From an uncultured Alphaproteobacteria bacterium (lineage in GTDB: Bacteria; Pseudomonadota; Alphaproteobacteria; HIMB59; GCA-002718135), in the NCBI GenBank assembly GCA_902572735.1, contig CACGGX010000005.1:10136-74135 (forward strand): a stretch of DNA of 64,000 nucleotides. Direction: 5' to 3'. Made by a program: the position numbers and the translations under genes. The notes beneath the pieces are model-generated. The model saw only the letters and a program-made list of their open reading frames with translations. It had not been told where the DNA came from and made no database searches. This document shows positions 27,760-37,659 of the stretch, piece by piece (position 1 is the first letter of the stretch; every line of letters starts with the position of its first letter).

Positions 27760-30032
27760 TGCTGTCACAAAATTTAGAAAAAACATTAAGAGAAGCGTAT
27801 CAACTAGCGACTACTTATAAGCATGAGTATGTAACTCTAGAGCATTTATTATTTTCTCTTTTGGAAGATCAAGATGCAATCAGTGTTCTTAAGGCGTGCG
27901 CAGTAGATATTTCAAATTTAAAAGAAAGTGTTGAGAAATTTATTATTAATGATTTAGAAAATCTTAAAGAGAACTTTACTGGAGAGCCAAAATTAACAAA
28001 TGGTTTTCAAAGAGTTTTACAAAGAGCTGCTATTCACGTGCAATCGAGTGGGAGAGAGAGTGTTACAGGAGCTAACATGATTGTAGCTTTATTTTCTGAG
28101 AAAGAAAGCCATGCAGTATATTTTCTTCATCAACAAAATATGAGCAGATTAGATGCTGTTCAATATATTTCACATGGTATTTCTAAAAGTAATGAAAGTT
28201 TTGAAAATGAAGAATTTGTAGATAGTCAAACAAATGACAATAATGAACAACAAAAACCGAAAAGTGCTTTAGGTCAGTTTTGTATTAACTTAAATGAAAA
28301 ATCAAAAGATGGTAAAATTGATAAGCTAATTGGGAGAAGCAAAGAGCTAGATAGAACAATTCAAATTTTATGCAGAAGACAAAAAAATAATCCTTTATTT
28401 GTTGGAGACCCTGGTGTTGGGAAAACAGCAATTGCTGAAGGACTGGCAAAAAGAATTACAGAAAAAAAAGTACCTAAAATTATGGAGGACGCAATTATAT
28501 ATTCACTGGATATGGGCGCTCTACTTGCAGGTACAAGATACAGAGGTGATTTTGAAGAAAGATTAAAAGCAGTTCTTAAAGAATTACAAAAAAAAGACAA
28601 AGCTGTTTTATTTATAGATGAAATCCATACTGTTATTGGTGCAGGAGCTACCAGTGGAGGATCAATGGATGCCAGTAATTTATTAAAACCCTCTCTAGGC
28701 AATGGTACTCTTAAATGCATTGGGTCAACTACTTATAAGGAGTTTAAAAACTATTTTGAAAAAGATAGAGCTTTGGTCAGAAGATTCCAAAAAATTGATG
28801 TTAAAGAACCATCAAAAGATGAGACAATCAAAATTCTTGAAGGTTTAAAAACTTACTATGAAGAACATCATAATATTAAATATTCACCTGAAGCAATTAT
28901 TAGCGCTGTTGAATTATCAAATAAATATATAGGTGATAGGAAACTTCCTGATAAAGCCATTGATGTCATTGACGAAGCAGGTGCATCCCAATATTTATTG
29001 CCTGAAGAGAAAAGAAAGAAAATTATTCTATCAAAAGATATAGAAGCAGTTGTTGCCTTAATGGCAAGAATTCCAACAAAATCTGTTAATCAAAGTGATA
29101 AGAATAGTTTAAAAAATTTAGAAAGAGATTTGAAAAATTTCGTATTTGGTCAAGACAAAGCTATTGAGGAACTTTCATCTTCTATAAAGTTAGCAAGAGC
29201 AGGGCTTAGGGAAGATGGTAAACCAATAGGCTCCTATTTATTTTCTGGACCTACTGGAGTTGGAAAGACTGAGGTAGCTAAACAGCTAAGTAATACACTT
29301 GGTATTAAACTTCTTAGATTTGATATGTCAGAATATATGGAGCGTCATACCGTTAGTAGACTTATTGGAGCTCCTCCAGGTTATGTTGGTTTCGATCAAG
29401 GGGGATTATTAACAGATGGTGTAGATCAAAATCCTCATTGCGTACTGCTTTTAGATGAAATTGAAAAAGCTCATTTTGATTTATTCAATATACTACTTCA
29501 AGTAATGGATTATGGAAAACTGACTGACCATAATGGCAAGACTATAGATTTTAGAAATGTTATACTAATTATGACAACAAATGCTGGTGCAATTGATGTA
29601 TCTAAAAACAAAATAGGATTTAATGCAAAAAGATCTAACGATGATAGTAGTGATGCAATTAATAGAATTTTTTCACCCGAATTTAGAAATCGAATTGATT
29701 CAATAATTCATTTTAATCATTTATCTAAAAATATAGTACTTTCTATCGTAGATAAGTTCATCATAGAAATTGAGGCTCAACTTGAAGATAAAGGTGTTTC
29801 ATTATCAATTAATAAGGAAGCAAAAGAATTATTAGCCGAAGAAGGTTATGATGAGGTTTATGGTGCAAGAGAATTGGGAAGAGTAATACAAGAAAAAGTC
29901 AAAAAACCTATGGCTGAAGAATTAATTTTTGGAAAATTATCTAAGGGTGGTCATGTAGAAATAACATGCAAGGATAAAAAAATTAGTTTTGAATTTTCAA
30001 ATAAGCAAGAAGTTAAAAAAGAACTTGCTTAA
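27759..30032 (+). CDS. clpA: ATP-dependent Clp protease ATP-binding subunit ClpA
   Basis: Two AAA+ modules (GDPGVGKTA and GPTGVGKTE). [10 protein letters not shown] matches the canonical ClpA N-terminus. That start overlaps the clpS stop (TAATG), so I prefer it to the upstream in-frame ATG at 27738. Confidence 0.95.
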   Translation: MLSQNLEKTLREAYQLATTYKHEYVTLEHLLFSLLEDQDAISVLKACAVDISNLKESVEKFIINDLENLKENFTGEPKLTNGFQRVLQRAAIHVQSSGRESVTGANMIVALFSEKESHAVYFLHQQNMSRLDAVQYISHGISKSNESFENEEFVDSQTNDNNEQQKPKSALGQFCINLNEKSKDGKIDKLIGRSKELDRTIQILCRRQKNNPLFVGDPGVGKTAIAEGLAKRITEKKVPKIMEDAIIYSLDMGALLAGTRYRGDFEERLKAVLKELQKKDKAVLFIDEIHTVIGAGATSGGSMDASNLLKPSLGNGTLKCIGSTTYKEFKNYFEKDRALVRRFQKIDVKEPSKDETIKILEGLKTYYEEHHNIKYSPEAIISAVELSNKYIGDRKLPDKAIDVIDEAGASQYLLPEEKRKKIILSKDIEAVVALMARIPTKSVNQSDKNSLKNLERDLKNFVFGQDKAIEELSSSIKLARAGLREDGKPIGSYLFSGPTGVGKTEVAKQLSNTLGIKLLRFDMSEYMERHTVSRLIGAPPGYVGFDQGGLLTDGVDQNPHCVLLLDEIEKAHFDLFNILLQVMDYGKLTDHNGKTIDFRNVILIMTTNAGAIDVSKNKIGFNAKRSNDDSSDAINRIFSPEFRNRIDSIIHFNHLSKNIVLSIVDKFIIEIEAQLEDKGVSLSINKEAKELLAEEGYDEVYGARELGRVIQEKVKKPMAEELIFGKLSKGGHVEITCKDKKISFEFSNKQEVKKELA

Positions 30033-31162
30033 TTTTTGAACGGGAGAAAATCATCTAGTCTTTCTTTCTGACTATCAATTAACTGACTTTCATTATCAAG
30101 AAAATTTTGAATTGCCTTGCTGAATTCTTGATCTTTAATCCAATGCGCACTCCATGTTTTAGTTGGAACATATCCTCTCTGTAACTTATGCTCACCTTGA
30201 GCACCAGCCTCAACTATTTTAATGTTATTTCTGATGGCATATTCTATTGCTTGATAGTAACAAAGCTCAAAATGTAAAAAGGGAACTTCATATTTTGACC
30301 CCCATAAACGTCCATACAAATGAGTTTTGCTTATAAAATTAATTGCAGAGGCAACCATTTTGTCTTCTTGAAAGGCCATTATCAGTAAAATGTTATTTTT
30401 GAAATTATCTAATATTTCAAAGAAAAATTCTTTAGTTAAATACGTGGATCCCCATTTTCTTCCAGTAGTATCTAAGTAACAATCGTAAAAAAAACTTATA
30501 TGTTCTTCTTTAATATCATCTCCATTAAGTAATTTTACTTGTAAATTATTTTTTTCAATACATTGTCTTTCCCGTCTAATTATTTTTCTTTTTCTAGAAG
30601 ATAGGTCATTTAAAAAATCTTCAAATTTTTTATATTCATTATTATGCCAATGGAACTGTATCCCTGATCTAATCATAATATTCTCAACATCATTCCAATT
30701 AGATGCATCATTAACAAAATTAAAATGCAGGGAAGAAACATTTATTTTTTTAGCTTCTTCTATAATATTCTTAATTACTTGAACTTGTTTTTTCTTTTTA
30801 TCTTTAACTGACTTATTTAAAACAATTCTATCACCAGTAACAGGTGTAAACGGTATTGCAGATTGAAGTTTTGGATAATAATTTATTCCATATCGATGAT
30901 AAGCATCAGCCCAAGAATGATCAAAGATATATTCTCCAAACGAATGGTTCTTTATGTAAAGAGGACATAATGAAATAATTTTATCATTTTCTTTTTCTAT
31001 ATAATGATATGGTTGCCAACCTGTTTTGGTATTTGCACTTTTACTCTCTTCTAATGCGTGAAGAAATTCATATTGCAAGAATGGATGATCATTTCCAACA
31101 CATTCATTCCAGTCTGATTTTTTAATATCATTAAGAGAAGAGCAAAAAAAATATTTACTCAT
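30029..31162 (-). CDS. FemAB-like / DUF482 GNAT-fold protein
   Basis: W.ECVG.DHPFLQYEFLHALEES...GW.P and a later EAGAQGEHKL.RGY pattern, as in the conserved alphaproteobacterial family. Confidence 0.65.
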   Translation of the reverse strand: MSKYFFCSSLNDIKKSDWNECVGNDHPFLQYEFLHALEESKSANTKTGWQPYHYIEKENDKIISLCPLYIKNHSFGEYIFDHSWADAYHRYGINYYPKLQSAIPFTPVTGDRIVLNKSVKDKKKKQVQVIKNIIEEAKKINVSSLHFNFVNDASNWNDVENIMIRSGIQFHWHNNEYKKFEDFLNDLSSRKRKIIRRERQCIEKNNLQVKLLNGDDIKEEHISFFYDCYLDTTGRKWGSTYLTKEFFFEILDNFKNNILLIMAFQEDKMVASAINFISKTHLYGRLWGSKYEVPFLHFELCYYQAIEYAIRNNIKIVEAGAQGEHKLQRGYVPTKTWSAHWIKDQEFSKAIQNFLDNESQLIDSQKERLDDFLPFKN

Positions 31163-31172
31163 ATTAAATTTA

Positions 31173-31637
31173 TTATTTGATTTTAATGATGGCGTCTATT
31201 TCAACAGAAATATTTAGAGGAAGCGCATTTGAACCAACTGCAAATCTTGAGTGTCTTCCTTTGTCACCAAAAATATTCACTAATAAATCTGATGCTCCAT
31301 TTATGATTTTTGGTTGATCAGTAAAGTTATCATTGCAATTTACAAAACCTCCAAGTTTTAAAAAAGAATCTAGTCTGTCCCAATCACCATCTATCGATGT
31401 TTTAAGAGCTGCAATAATATTAATGCAACAAGTTTCAGCAGCTTTTATTCCTTCTTCTTCAGAAATATCTACACCAACTTTTCCACTATAAAGAATTTTA
31501 CCATCAATTACGGGCCCTTGACCAGATACATAAACGGTATTATCTGCAATCTTAAAGGGTACGTAATTTGCAATTGGTGTTGGCATATCTGGAATTTTTA
31601 GATCTAATTTCTTGATATTTTCTTCAAAGATGTGCAT
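31173..31637 (-). CDS. RidA/YjgF-family (reactive intermediate deaminase-like) protein
   Basis: VYVSGQGP...R.AVG...LP....VEIDAI. I prefer the start at internal Met15 of the tracked ORF. Confidence 0.75.
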   Translation of the reverse strand: MHIFEENIKKLDLKIPDMPTPIANYVPFKIADNTVYVSGQGPVIDGKILYSGKVGVDISEEEGIKAAETCCINIIAALKTSIDGDWDRLDSFLKLGGFVNCNDNFTDQPKIINGASDLLVNIFGDKGRHSRFAVGSNALPLNISVEIDAIIKIK

Positions 31638-31681
31638 TACATATATATAAAACAATTTGGGTGAAGGTAAAGAAAACAAAT

Positions 31682-32248
31682 ATGAATAAACTTAAAAAAC
31701 TATTTATTTTCATCTTCATATTCTCAATATTCTTAAAAGGGGGGATTTCAATGGCTGATGAAAAGAAAGATACTATTCATATGACACTTAAAGATGGTGT
31801 TGTTGTAATAGAGACAAAACCAAACGTAGCACCAAAACATGTAAAACAAATCAAACAACTTATTGAAGAAGGACAATATGATGGAGTGGTTTTTCATAGA
31901 GTTATAGATGGCTTTATGGCTCAAACCGGTGATGTAGAATTTGGAAATTCAAGTAATGATAATTTCAACTTATCAAGAGCAGGCACAGGTGGATCAAAAC
32001 TTCCAGATATTGAAGCAGAATTTTCTTCTGAGAATCATGGAAGAGGGGCAGTATCAATGGCAAGAGCTCAAAATCCAAATAGCGCCAATAGTCAATTTTT
32101 CATTTGTTTTAATGATTGCTCTTTTTTAGATGGTCAATATACCGTTTGGGCTCAAGTTACTGAAGGTATGGAGTATGTTGATAATATCACAAGAGGCGAA
32201 CCACCTGCTGATCCAGATAAAATAATTAAAATGGAGATTGTAAAATAA
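31682..32248 (+). CDS. Periplasmic cyclophilin-type peptidyl-prolyl cis-trans isomerase
   Basis: Signal peptide, then FHRVIDGFMAQTGD...SQFFICF...LDGQYTVWAQV. I prefer the start at Met8 of the tracked ORF. Confidence 0.9.
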   Translation: MNKLKKLFIFIFIFSIFLKGGISMADEKKDTIHMTLKDGVVVIETKPNVAPKHVKQIKQLIEEGQYDGVVFHRVIDGFMAQTGDVEFGNSSNDNFNLSRAGTGGSKLPDIEAEFSSENHGRGAVSMARAQNPNSANSQFFICFNDCSFLDGQYTVWAQVTEGMEYVDNITRGEPPADPDKIIKMEIVK

Positions 32249-32252
32249 TTAG

Positions 32253-33335
32253 ATGTTTGTTGCTGACTTGCATAATGATCTTGTGCAAAGAGTTATTGAA
32301 GGTGAAGATGTTACAAAGCTAACATCGAATGGGCATACGGACATACCAAGGTTACTTAAATCTGAAATTGATTTAGAGATTTTAATTATTTGGGTATCTA
32401 GCAATGCTAAAGAACCAAATTTTTTTAAGAGAGCTGATAAAATGTATGATGAGATTGAAAGAATTTCATCACATGAAGAAATTGTCATCCCCAAAAAAAT
32501 CTCAGACATTAATGAAGGAATAGATAAAAATAAGACAATGTTTCCAATTTCAATGGAAGGTGGAGAGGGCTTAGAAAATGATATCAATAATTTATATCAT
32601 TTTATTAAAAGAGGGCTTTTCTATTTTGGCCCAACTTGGAATCATTCTTTGGATTGGGTTTCATCAAATTATGATGAGACATACAATTTGTCAAAACTTA
32701 AAAGCCATGGCTTAAATGAATTTGGGAAAGAGGTTATTTACATTTGCCAAGATAATAATGTGTTAATCGATGTTTCTCACATTGGAGAGAAAAGTTTTTG
32801 GGACATTGCATCAATAAGTACCAAACCTTTTATTGCCTCACATTCTAGCGTGTATAATTTGTGTCCACATTTTCGTAATTTAAAAGATGATCAAATTGAA
32901 GCTATCAAAAAATCAAAAGGATTAATTGGTTTAAATCCATATCCTTTTTTTATTGATAAATCTTTTAAAGAAAGAGAATCAAAAGAAAGGAATAAATATC
33001 TTGATGAATTAAATTATATTGAAAGAAAATATTCCAATAAAACTTCTCAATGGATAGCAAAACAACATTTTCTTCAAAAAAAATTAGCAGAAATATGCCC
33101 AAGTATAGAAGTATTTGTTGATCATATTGAATATGTAATTAATCAAATAGGTATTGATTATGTAGGAATAGGCAGCGACTATGACGGGCTTGATTGTCTA
33201 CCTCATTCATGGAATGATTGTTTAGATCATATGATAATTCAAGAGTCTTTAGAAAAAAGAGGTTATAAATATTTAGAGATTGAAAAAATTATGGGAAAAA
33301 ATATTTTAAGAGTTCTAGAAGAAATCTACAATTAG
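32253..33335 (+). CDS. Membrane-dipeptidase (M19, renal dipeptidase) family protein
   Basis: ADLHNDL, DVSH, ASHS and GIGSDYDG metal-ligand motifs. Confidence 0.85.
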   Translation: MFVADLHNDLVQRVIEGEDVTKLTSNGHTDIPRLLKSEIDLEILIIWVSSNAKEPNFFKRADKMYDEIERISSHEEIVIPKKISDINEGIDKNKTMFPISMEGGEGLENDINNLYHFIKRGLFYFGPTWNHSLDWVSSNYDETYNLSKLKSHGLNEFGKEVIYICQDNNVLIDVSHIGEKSFWDIASISTKPFIASHSSVYNLCPHFRNLKDDQIEAIKKSKGLIGLNPYPFFIDKSFKERESKERNKYLDELNYIERKYSNKTSQWIAKQHFLQKKLAEICPSIEVFVDHIEYVINQIGIDYVGIGSDYDGLDCLPHSWNDCLDHMIIQESLEKRGYKYLEIEKIMGKNILRVLEEIYN

Positions 33336-33923
33336 CAAAATACCAATTAAAACTAAAATAAATCCTGATATTTTTTGTATTATACCTTGCCTTTTTTGGA
33401 AAAAATCATTCATTCCATAACTTGTCACAACAAGGGAAACAATAATGTACCAAACTCCATCAATAACGGAAGCAGTTACAACAAGAATTGAATGTGAAAA
33501 AAAAGAGGCATCAATTTTTACAAATTGAGAAAAGACAGCTGAAAACCATATAAGAATTTTGGGATTAAAAATTGCTATCAAAAATCCTTGTAGGAAAGAA
33601 TTAATACTTTTTTGTTCCTTAAGTTTATCTATGTTCTCATTTTTTTTAAATATAAATTGAAAACCTAAATATAATAAAAAAAGAATTCCAATTATTTGAA
33701 TTAATTGAAATAATAATTCGTTTGCTGTTAAAATAATTGATAATCCAGTAACTGCAAATATAGCATACATCCCCATTCCTAATCCATGACCAACAGCAGT
33801 CATAAAGCCAGCAAATCTATTAATTATAATACTATTTCTTATAATTAATGCTAAACTTGGACCCGGAGACATTGCTCCTGCAACACAGACAGTAGCAAAC
33901 TGAAGCCAAAATATAAAAGTCAC
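33315..33923 (-). CDS. LysE/RhtB-family amino-acid efflux protein
   Basis: About 200 aa, six TM segments, N-terminal GAMSPGPS motif. Confidence 0.8.
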   Translation of the reverse strand: MTFIFWLQFATVCVAGAMSPGPSLALIIRNSIIINRFAGFMTAVGHGLGMGMYAIFAVTGLSIILTANELLFQLIQIIGILFLLYLGFQFIFKKNENIDKLKEQKSINSFLQGFLIAIFNPKILIWFSAVFSQFVKIDASFFSHSILVVTASVIDGVWYIIVSLVVTSYGMNDFFQKRQGIIQKISGFILVLIGILLIVDFF

Positions 33924-34658
33924 TTAATTATTTGTTAGGGTTAAATATTTTTTTATTGTTTCTTGTAAGCCAAATTCAAAAGTATCACAGATGAGGGCAT
34001 GACCAATAGATACTTCTTTAACATTATTTATTTTATCTAAAAAAAACTTTAAATTTTCTAAATTTAAATCATGACCAGCATTTAATTCAATTTTTGGAAA
34101 CTCTTTTTTTAGATAGTTTGTTACACCAATATAATCTTTAATTGCTTTTTCCTTATTTTCATTAAAGGTATGAGCATAATCAAAAGTATAAAGTTCTACT
34201 CTATCAGTTTGTATTAGTTCTAAATTTTCCAGTGTTTTTATAGATGGGTTAATAAATATTGAAACGCGAATATCATTTTTTTTAAATTCACTAACTATGT
34301 CTGTTAATAAATTTTTATTATTTTCGCAGTCCCAACCAAAAGAAGAGGTCAATGCGCCAGGTGGATCTGGGACTAAAGTTACTTGATCTGGTTTAACTTC
34401 AATTACTTTTTTGACAAAAAAATCTGATGGATATCCTTCTACATTAAATTCTTTATTTTCAAATTTTGATAATAAATTTTTTAAGGGTTCAAGGTCAGAA
34501 AATTTTGCGTGTCTTTCATCAGGACGGGGATGGACTGTAATTCCATCAGCACCATAGTCTAGACATTTATTACTAATATCAATTAAGTTTGGTAAATCAG
34601 AACCTCTAGCATTTCTTACTAAAGCAAATTTGTTAACATTAACACTTAGTGCAGTCAT
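33924..34658 (-). CDS. pdxJ: Pyridoxine 5'-phosphate synthase
   Basis: LSVNVNKFALVRNARG...DGITVHPRPDERH...NVEG...NAGHDLN. I prefer the start at Met15 of the tracked ORF. Confidence 0.9.
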   Translation of the reverse strand: MTALSVNVNKFALVRNARGSDLPNLIDISNKCLDYGADGITVHPRPDERHAKFSDLEPLKNLLSKFENKEFNVEGYPSDFFVKKVIEVKPDQVTLVPDPPGALTSSFGWDCENNKNLLTDIVSEFKKNDIRVSIFINPSIKTLENLELIQTDRVELYTFDYAHTFNENKEKAIKDYIGVTNYLKKEFPKIELNAGHDLNLENLKFFLDKINNVKEVSIGHALICDTFEFGLQETIKKYLTLTNN

Positions 34659-34666
34659 TTTAATAA

Positions 34667-35323
34667 CTAAATAATTTTTCCATATGTTTTCATCATCCAT
34701 TCATTGACCTTTGGATGATTGTAGATTTCTTTCCTTAATGTTTTTAATCTTTCATAAGGCTCTAAAATATTTGTTGGAACTCCATCTAAAAGGCCTGATG
34801 TTAGCCAACCGAGTAATCTCCAAATTGCTAGATCAGCAATAGAAATATTTTTACCAACAAAAAAACTAGACTCCTCATTTTTTTTAAGCAAGTTTTCAAG
34901 AAATTGAAACCATTTCGGCAGATGTTTTGTAGATAATATTTTTCTTGCTAATTCTAATCGATCCTTTTCTTTATCTCTGCCAGATAGAGTGACGAGATAG
35001 TTAATATCTTGTGCTGCATCAATAATTTGATCTATTTGAGCTGCTTCAAAATCATTATCTTTTGGATATAAACCTGATAATTTTCCACAAAATCTTGCAA
35101 TGGCACCTGTTTGAGCAATAATTTTACCATCAACATCTAATATTGGTAATTGCTTAAAAGGAGCAATTTGCTTATTCGGCAATAACCCTGTTGCTTTGAG
35201 GTCATCAATTTCTTTTCCTTCTACACGATAATCATTAAAGGGAATATCTCCTATAAATAAAGCCAGTCTTGAAACTTCTGCTCTCCAAAAAGGTATCTTA
35301 AAATAGTATAAAGTAATTTCCAT
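34667..35323 (-). CDS. Glutathione S-transferase
   Basis: Thioredoxin-like N-domain (LP.L.VDGK.I.QT.AI.RF) followed by a helical C-domain. Confidence 0.75.
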   Translation of the reverse strand: MEITLYYFKIPFWRAEVSRLALFIGDIPFNDYRVEGKEIDDLKATGLLPNKQIAPFKQLPILDVDGKIIAQTGAIARFCGKLSGLYPKDNDFEAAQIDQIIDAAQDINYLVTLSGRDKEKDRLELARKILSTKHLPKWFQFLENLLKKNEESSFFVGKNISIADLAIWRLLGWLTSGLLDGVPTNILEPYERLKTLRKEIYNHPKVNEWMMKTYGKII

Positions 35324-35358
35324 ATTGATTATTTATTTTTTTTACATGATACACAGAT

Positions 35359-35760
35359 ATGTTCAAAAAAAATATAAATAATTTAATCATTATTATTAAT
35401 ATTATTTTCTTCTCCTACTATGCTATTCAACTTTTAGTATTTACTGATGAATTTGCTTTGAACAACTTAGGTTTCTTTAATCATGCGGTAGCGGGATTGT
35501 CAGAGATTATTGGTATAATTTTTTTAGCTTTTGCCTTATCTTTTATAAGTATAATTTTTCGAGGTATAGAAAAACAATCTCCACTTATTTACTGTATTTT
35601 TACAATACAATTTTTAGTATCAATTAATTTTTGGAGGTATGTAATTACAAATAGTCCAGGTGAAACAAATTTGGATATTATTTCCATTAATGCCATGTTT
35701 TTTTCATTTGTTACTATTTTAAATTTACTATTAATAATCAAAAATTTTAAAAGAATTTAA
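35359..35760 (+). CDS. Small 4-TM membrane protein, unknown function
   Basis: Hydrophobic 133-aa ORF. Shares an F-x3-N-[LI]-G-F motif with the 37038..37439 product. Confidence 0.55.
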   Translation: MFKKNINNLIIIINIIFFSYYAIQLLVFTDEFALNNLGFFNHAVAGLSEIIGIIFLAFALSFISIIFRGIEKQSPLIYCIFTIQFLVSINFWRYVITNSPGETNLDIISINAMFFSFVTILNLLLIIKNFKRI

Positions 35761-35802
35761 TATAATTAAATTTAAATAAGAATATATGTTTGAATAATTT
35801 TT

Positions 35803-36978
35803 ATGAATATAGATATACTTAGTAATAAAATTGAAAATATATTTAATAAACACAAGATACCTTCTTTATCTGTAATAATCACAAATAAGAATAAAAATAT
35901 TTTTGAACAATATCATGGTTATAATCATTTAGAAAAACAGATTCCTTTTAATGAAAATTCAATTGTAAGAATTGCATCTATGACCAAGCCAATTACATCG
36001 TTGTGTATTTTTCAATTAATTGAAAGAAACTTAATCAGTTTAGAAACAAATATAGAAGATATTGATAAACGTTTTTCAGATATAAAAATTGTTCAATTGA
36101 TAGGTGATAAACCTGAGTATTCAAAAGCTAATACTAAAATTAAAATTAAACATTTATTAAATCATACTTCTGGATATGGTTATCAATTCCTAAATCCTGA
36201 AATTAAATTTCTTGTTGATCAAAAGATATTGCAAGATATACAAAATGATGGTGAAGATTTTCTAGATGCTCCTATTTTATTTGAACCTGGCACCAGATGG
36301 AATTATGGTATCAGTACGGACCTACTTGGTTACATAATTGAAAAATTAACTAATAAAAAATTAGATGAGTATATGAAAGAAAATTTATTTGACCAACTTG
36401 GTATGAAAAACACTACATTTAGCTTAGATGAAAGTAAATATAATAATTTAGCTTATATTTATGACTATATAGATAATAACATTACCATCAATAAAAGCAT
36501 CGCTAAATATCAAGATGAAAGAGTAGGCAGATCTTTTCACTTGGGAGGAGGAGGATTAACCTCAACTACACAAGATTATGCAAAATTTATGCGTTTATTT
36601 TTAAACAATGATAATAGTGTTATCTCTGAAAATTCAATAAATTTGATGAAGTCCAATCAAATTGGTAAGCTTAAAGTTGAAACTATCGCATCTGTTGATC
36701 AAGAATTGTCAGCATCATTAGATCATGACGATAGTATCGAAAATAAATTTAGTTATGGTTTTATGATTAATAAGGACAATACCCTTGAAGGTAGACCAAA
36801 GGGAAGTATTTCATGGTCGGGTATCTTTAATAGTTTTTTCTGGATTGATTTTGAAAATCAAATTGGGTGTGCAATATTTATGCAAATGTTACCTTACATG
36901 AATGTAGCATCTTTAAAAACATTTTCAGAAATAGAGACAAGTATCTATGAAAATATTAAAAATCAAAATTCAAAATAG
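35803..36978 (+). CDS. Serine hydrolase of the class-C beta-lactamase / esterase family
   Basis: SxxK nucleophile motif in RIASMTKPITS, YGIS, and HLGGGGL near the C-terminal part. Confidence 0.8.
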   Translation: MNIDILSNKIENIFNKHKIPSLSVIITNKNKNIFEQYHGYNHLEKQIPFNENSIVRIASMTKPITSLCIFQLIERNLISLETNIEDIDKRFSDIKIVQLIGDKPEYSKANTKIKIKHLLNHTSGYGYQFLNPEIKFLVDQKILQDIQNDGEDFLDAPILFEPGTRWNYGISTDLLGYIIEKLTNKKLDEYMKENLFDQLGMKNTTFSLDESKYNNLAYIYDYIDNNITINKSIAKYQDERVGRSFHLGGGGLTSTTQDYAKFMRLFLNNDNSVISENSINLMKSNQIGKLKVETIASVDQELSASLDHDDSIENKFSYGFMINKDNTLEGRPKGSISWSGIFNSFFWIDFENQIGCAIFMQMLPYMNVASLKTFSEIETSIYENIKNQNSK

Positions 36979-37037
36979 AAAAATCACAGAGAATCTAAAA
37001 TTTATAGTTTATAATATGCTTAAATAAGGGAGATTTT

Positions 37038-37439
37038 ATGATTGAATCAGCTGGAGGCATGATACCTTTTATATGTCATGTTTTTCTAATTTTATTTGGC
37101 GGTTTTTTTGGTTTAAATTTAGCGTTCAACAAAAATTTTGTACAAAGTAATATTGGTTTTCCATCCAAGGATGCAATGTATATGGGTAGACCTCTAGGGT
37201 TTATGATGACTGGTATGGTATTGATGTTGATTGCAACATTATTCCAAATTGGTAGCTTTACTTCAGCAAATGAAGTTTTGGGGGTTTTGTTTATTTTTAC
37301 TTTTTTAGCTTTTTGTTATAATCTTGCTACAACTTTGAAAATATTAGAAAGTTTTGATGGTAATGATTGGCCAATAAAACATGCTATAAGACCATTAATA
37401 CCAATGGTAGTGATTTTAATACGTTATTTTACTTTATAA
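37038..37439 (+). CDS. Small 4-TM membrane protein, unknown function
   Basis: Hydrophobic 133-aa ORF, the same length as the 35359..35760 product. Confidence 0.55.
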   Translation: MIESAGGMIPFICHVFLILFGGFFGLNLAFNKNFVQSNIGFPSKDAMYMGRPLGFMMTGMVLMLIATLFQIGSFTSANEVLGVLFIFTFLAFCYNLATTLKILESFDGNDWPIKHAIRPLIPMVVILIRYFTL

Positions 37440-37450
37440 AATAAATAAAT

Positions 37451-37474
37451 TTAGCACTTTTATAAGAGTGCTAA
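37451..37474. terminator. Hairpin between the convergent membrane-protein gene and tRNA-Thr
   Basis: ttagcact-tttataag-agtgctaa, an 8-bp perfect stem. Confidence 0.5.
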
Positions 37475-37479
37475 AACAC

Positions 37480-37554
37480 TGGTGCTGATACCGAGAATCG
37501 AACTTGGATCTGACCGTTACCAACGGCCTGTAATAACCATTATACTATATCAGC
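37480..37554 (-). tRNA. tRNA-Thr (anticodon GGU), CCA encoded
   Basis: The reverse complement reads GCTGATA..GGCCG-TTGGTAA-CGGTC..TTCGATT..TATCAGC-A-CCA. It has a 7-bp acceptor stem and a 7-nt anticodon loop with GGT, and is 75 nt long. The T stem has one A.C mismatch. Confidence 0.85.
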
Positions 37555-37600
37555 TCAATGTTAGTAATATCAGAAATTAAATTAATGAAAAGATTTGTAA

Positions 37601-37622
37601 TTAGCGGATGAATGTCCGCTAA
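37601..37622. terminator. Hairpin downstream of the 204-aa orphan gene
   Basis: ttagcgga-tgaatg-tccgctaa, an 8-bp perfect stem. A T-rich run follows on the plus strand only, so strand assignment is ambiguous. Confidence 0.35.
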
Positions 37623-37659
37623 TTATCTTTTTAAATTATATCGTTTTATTTGAGTTTAA

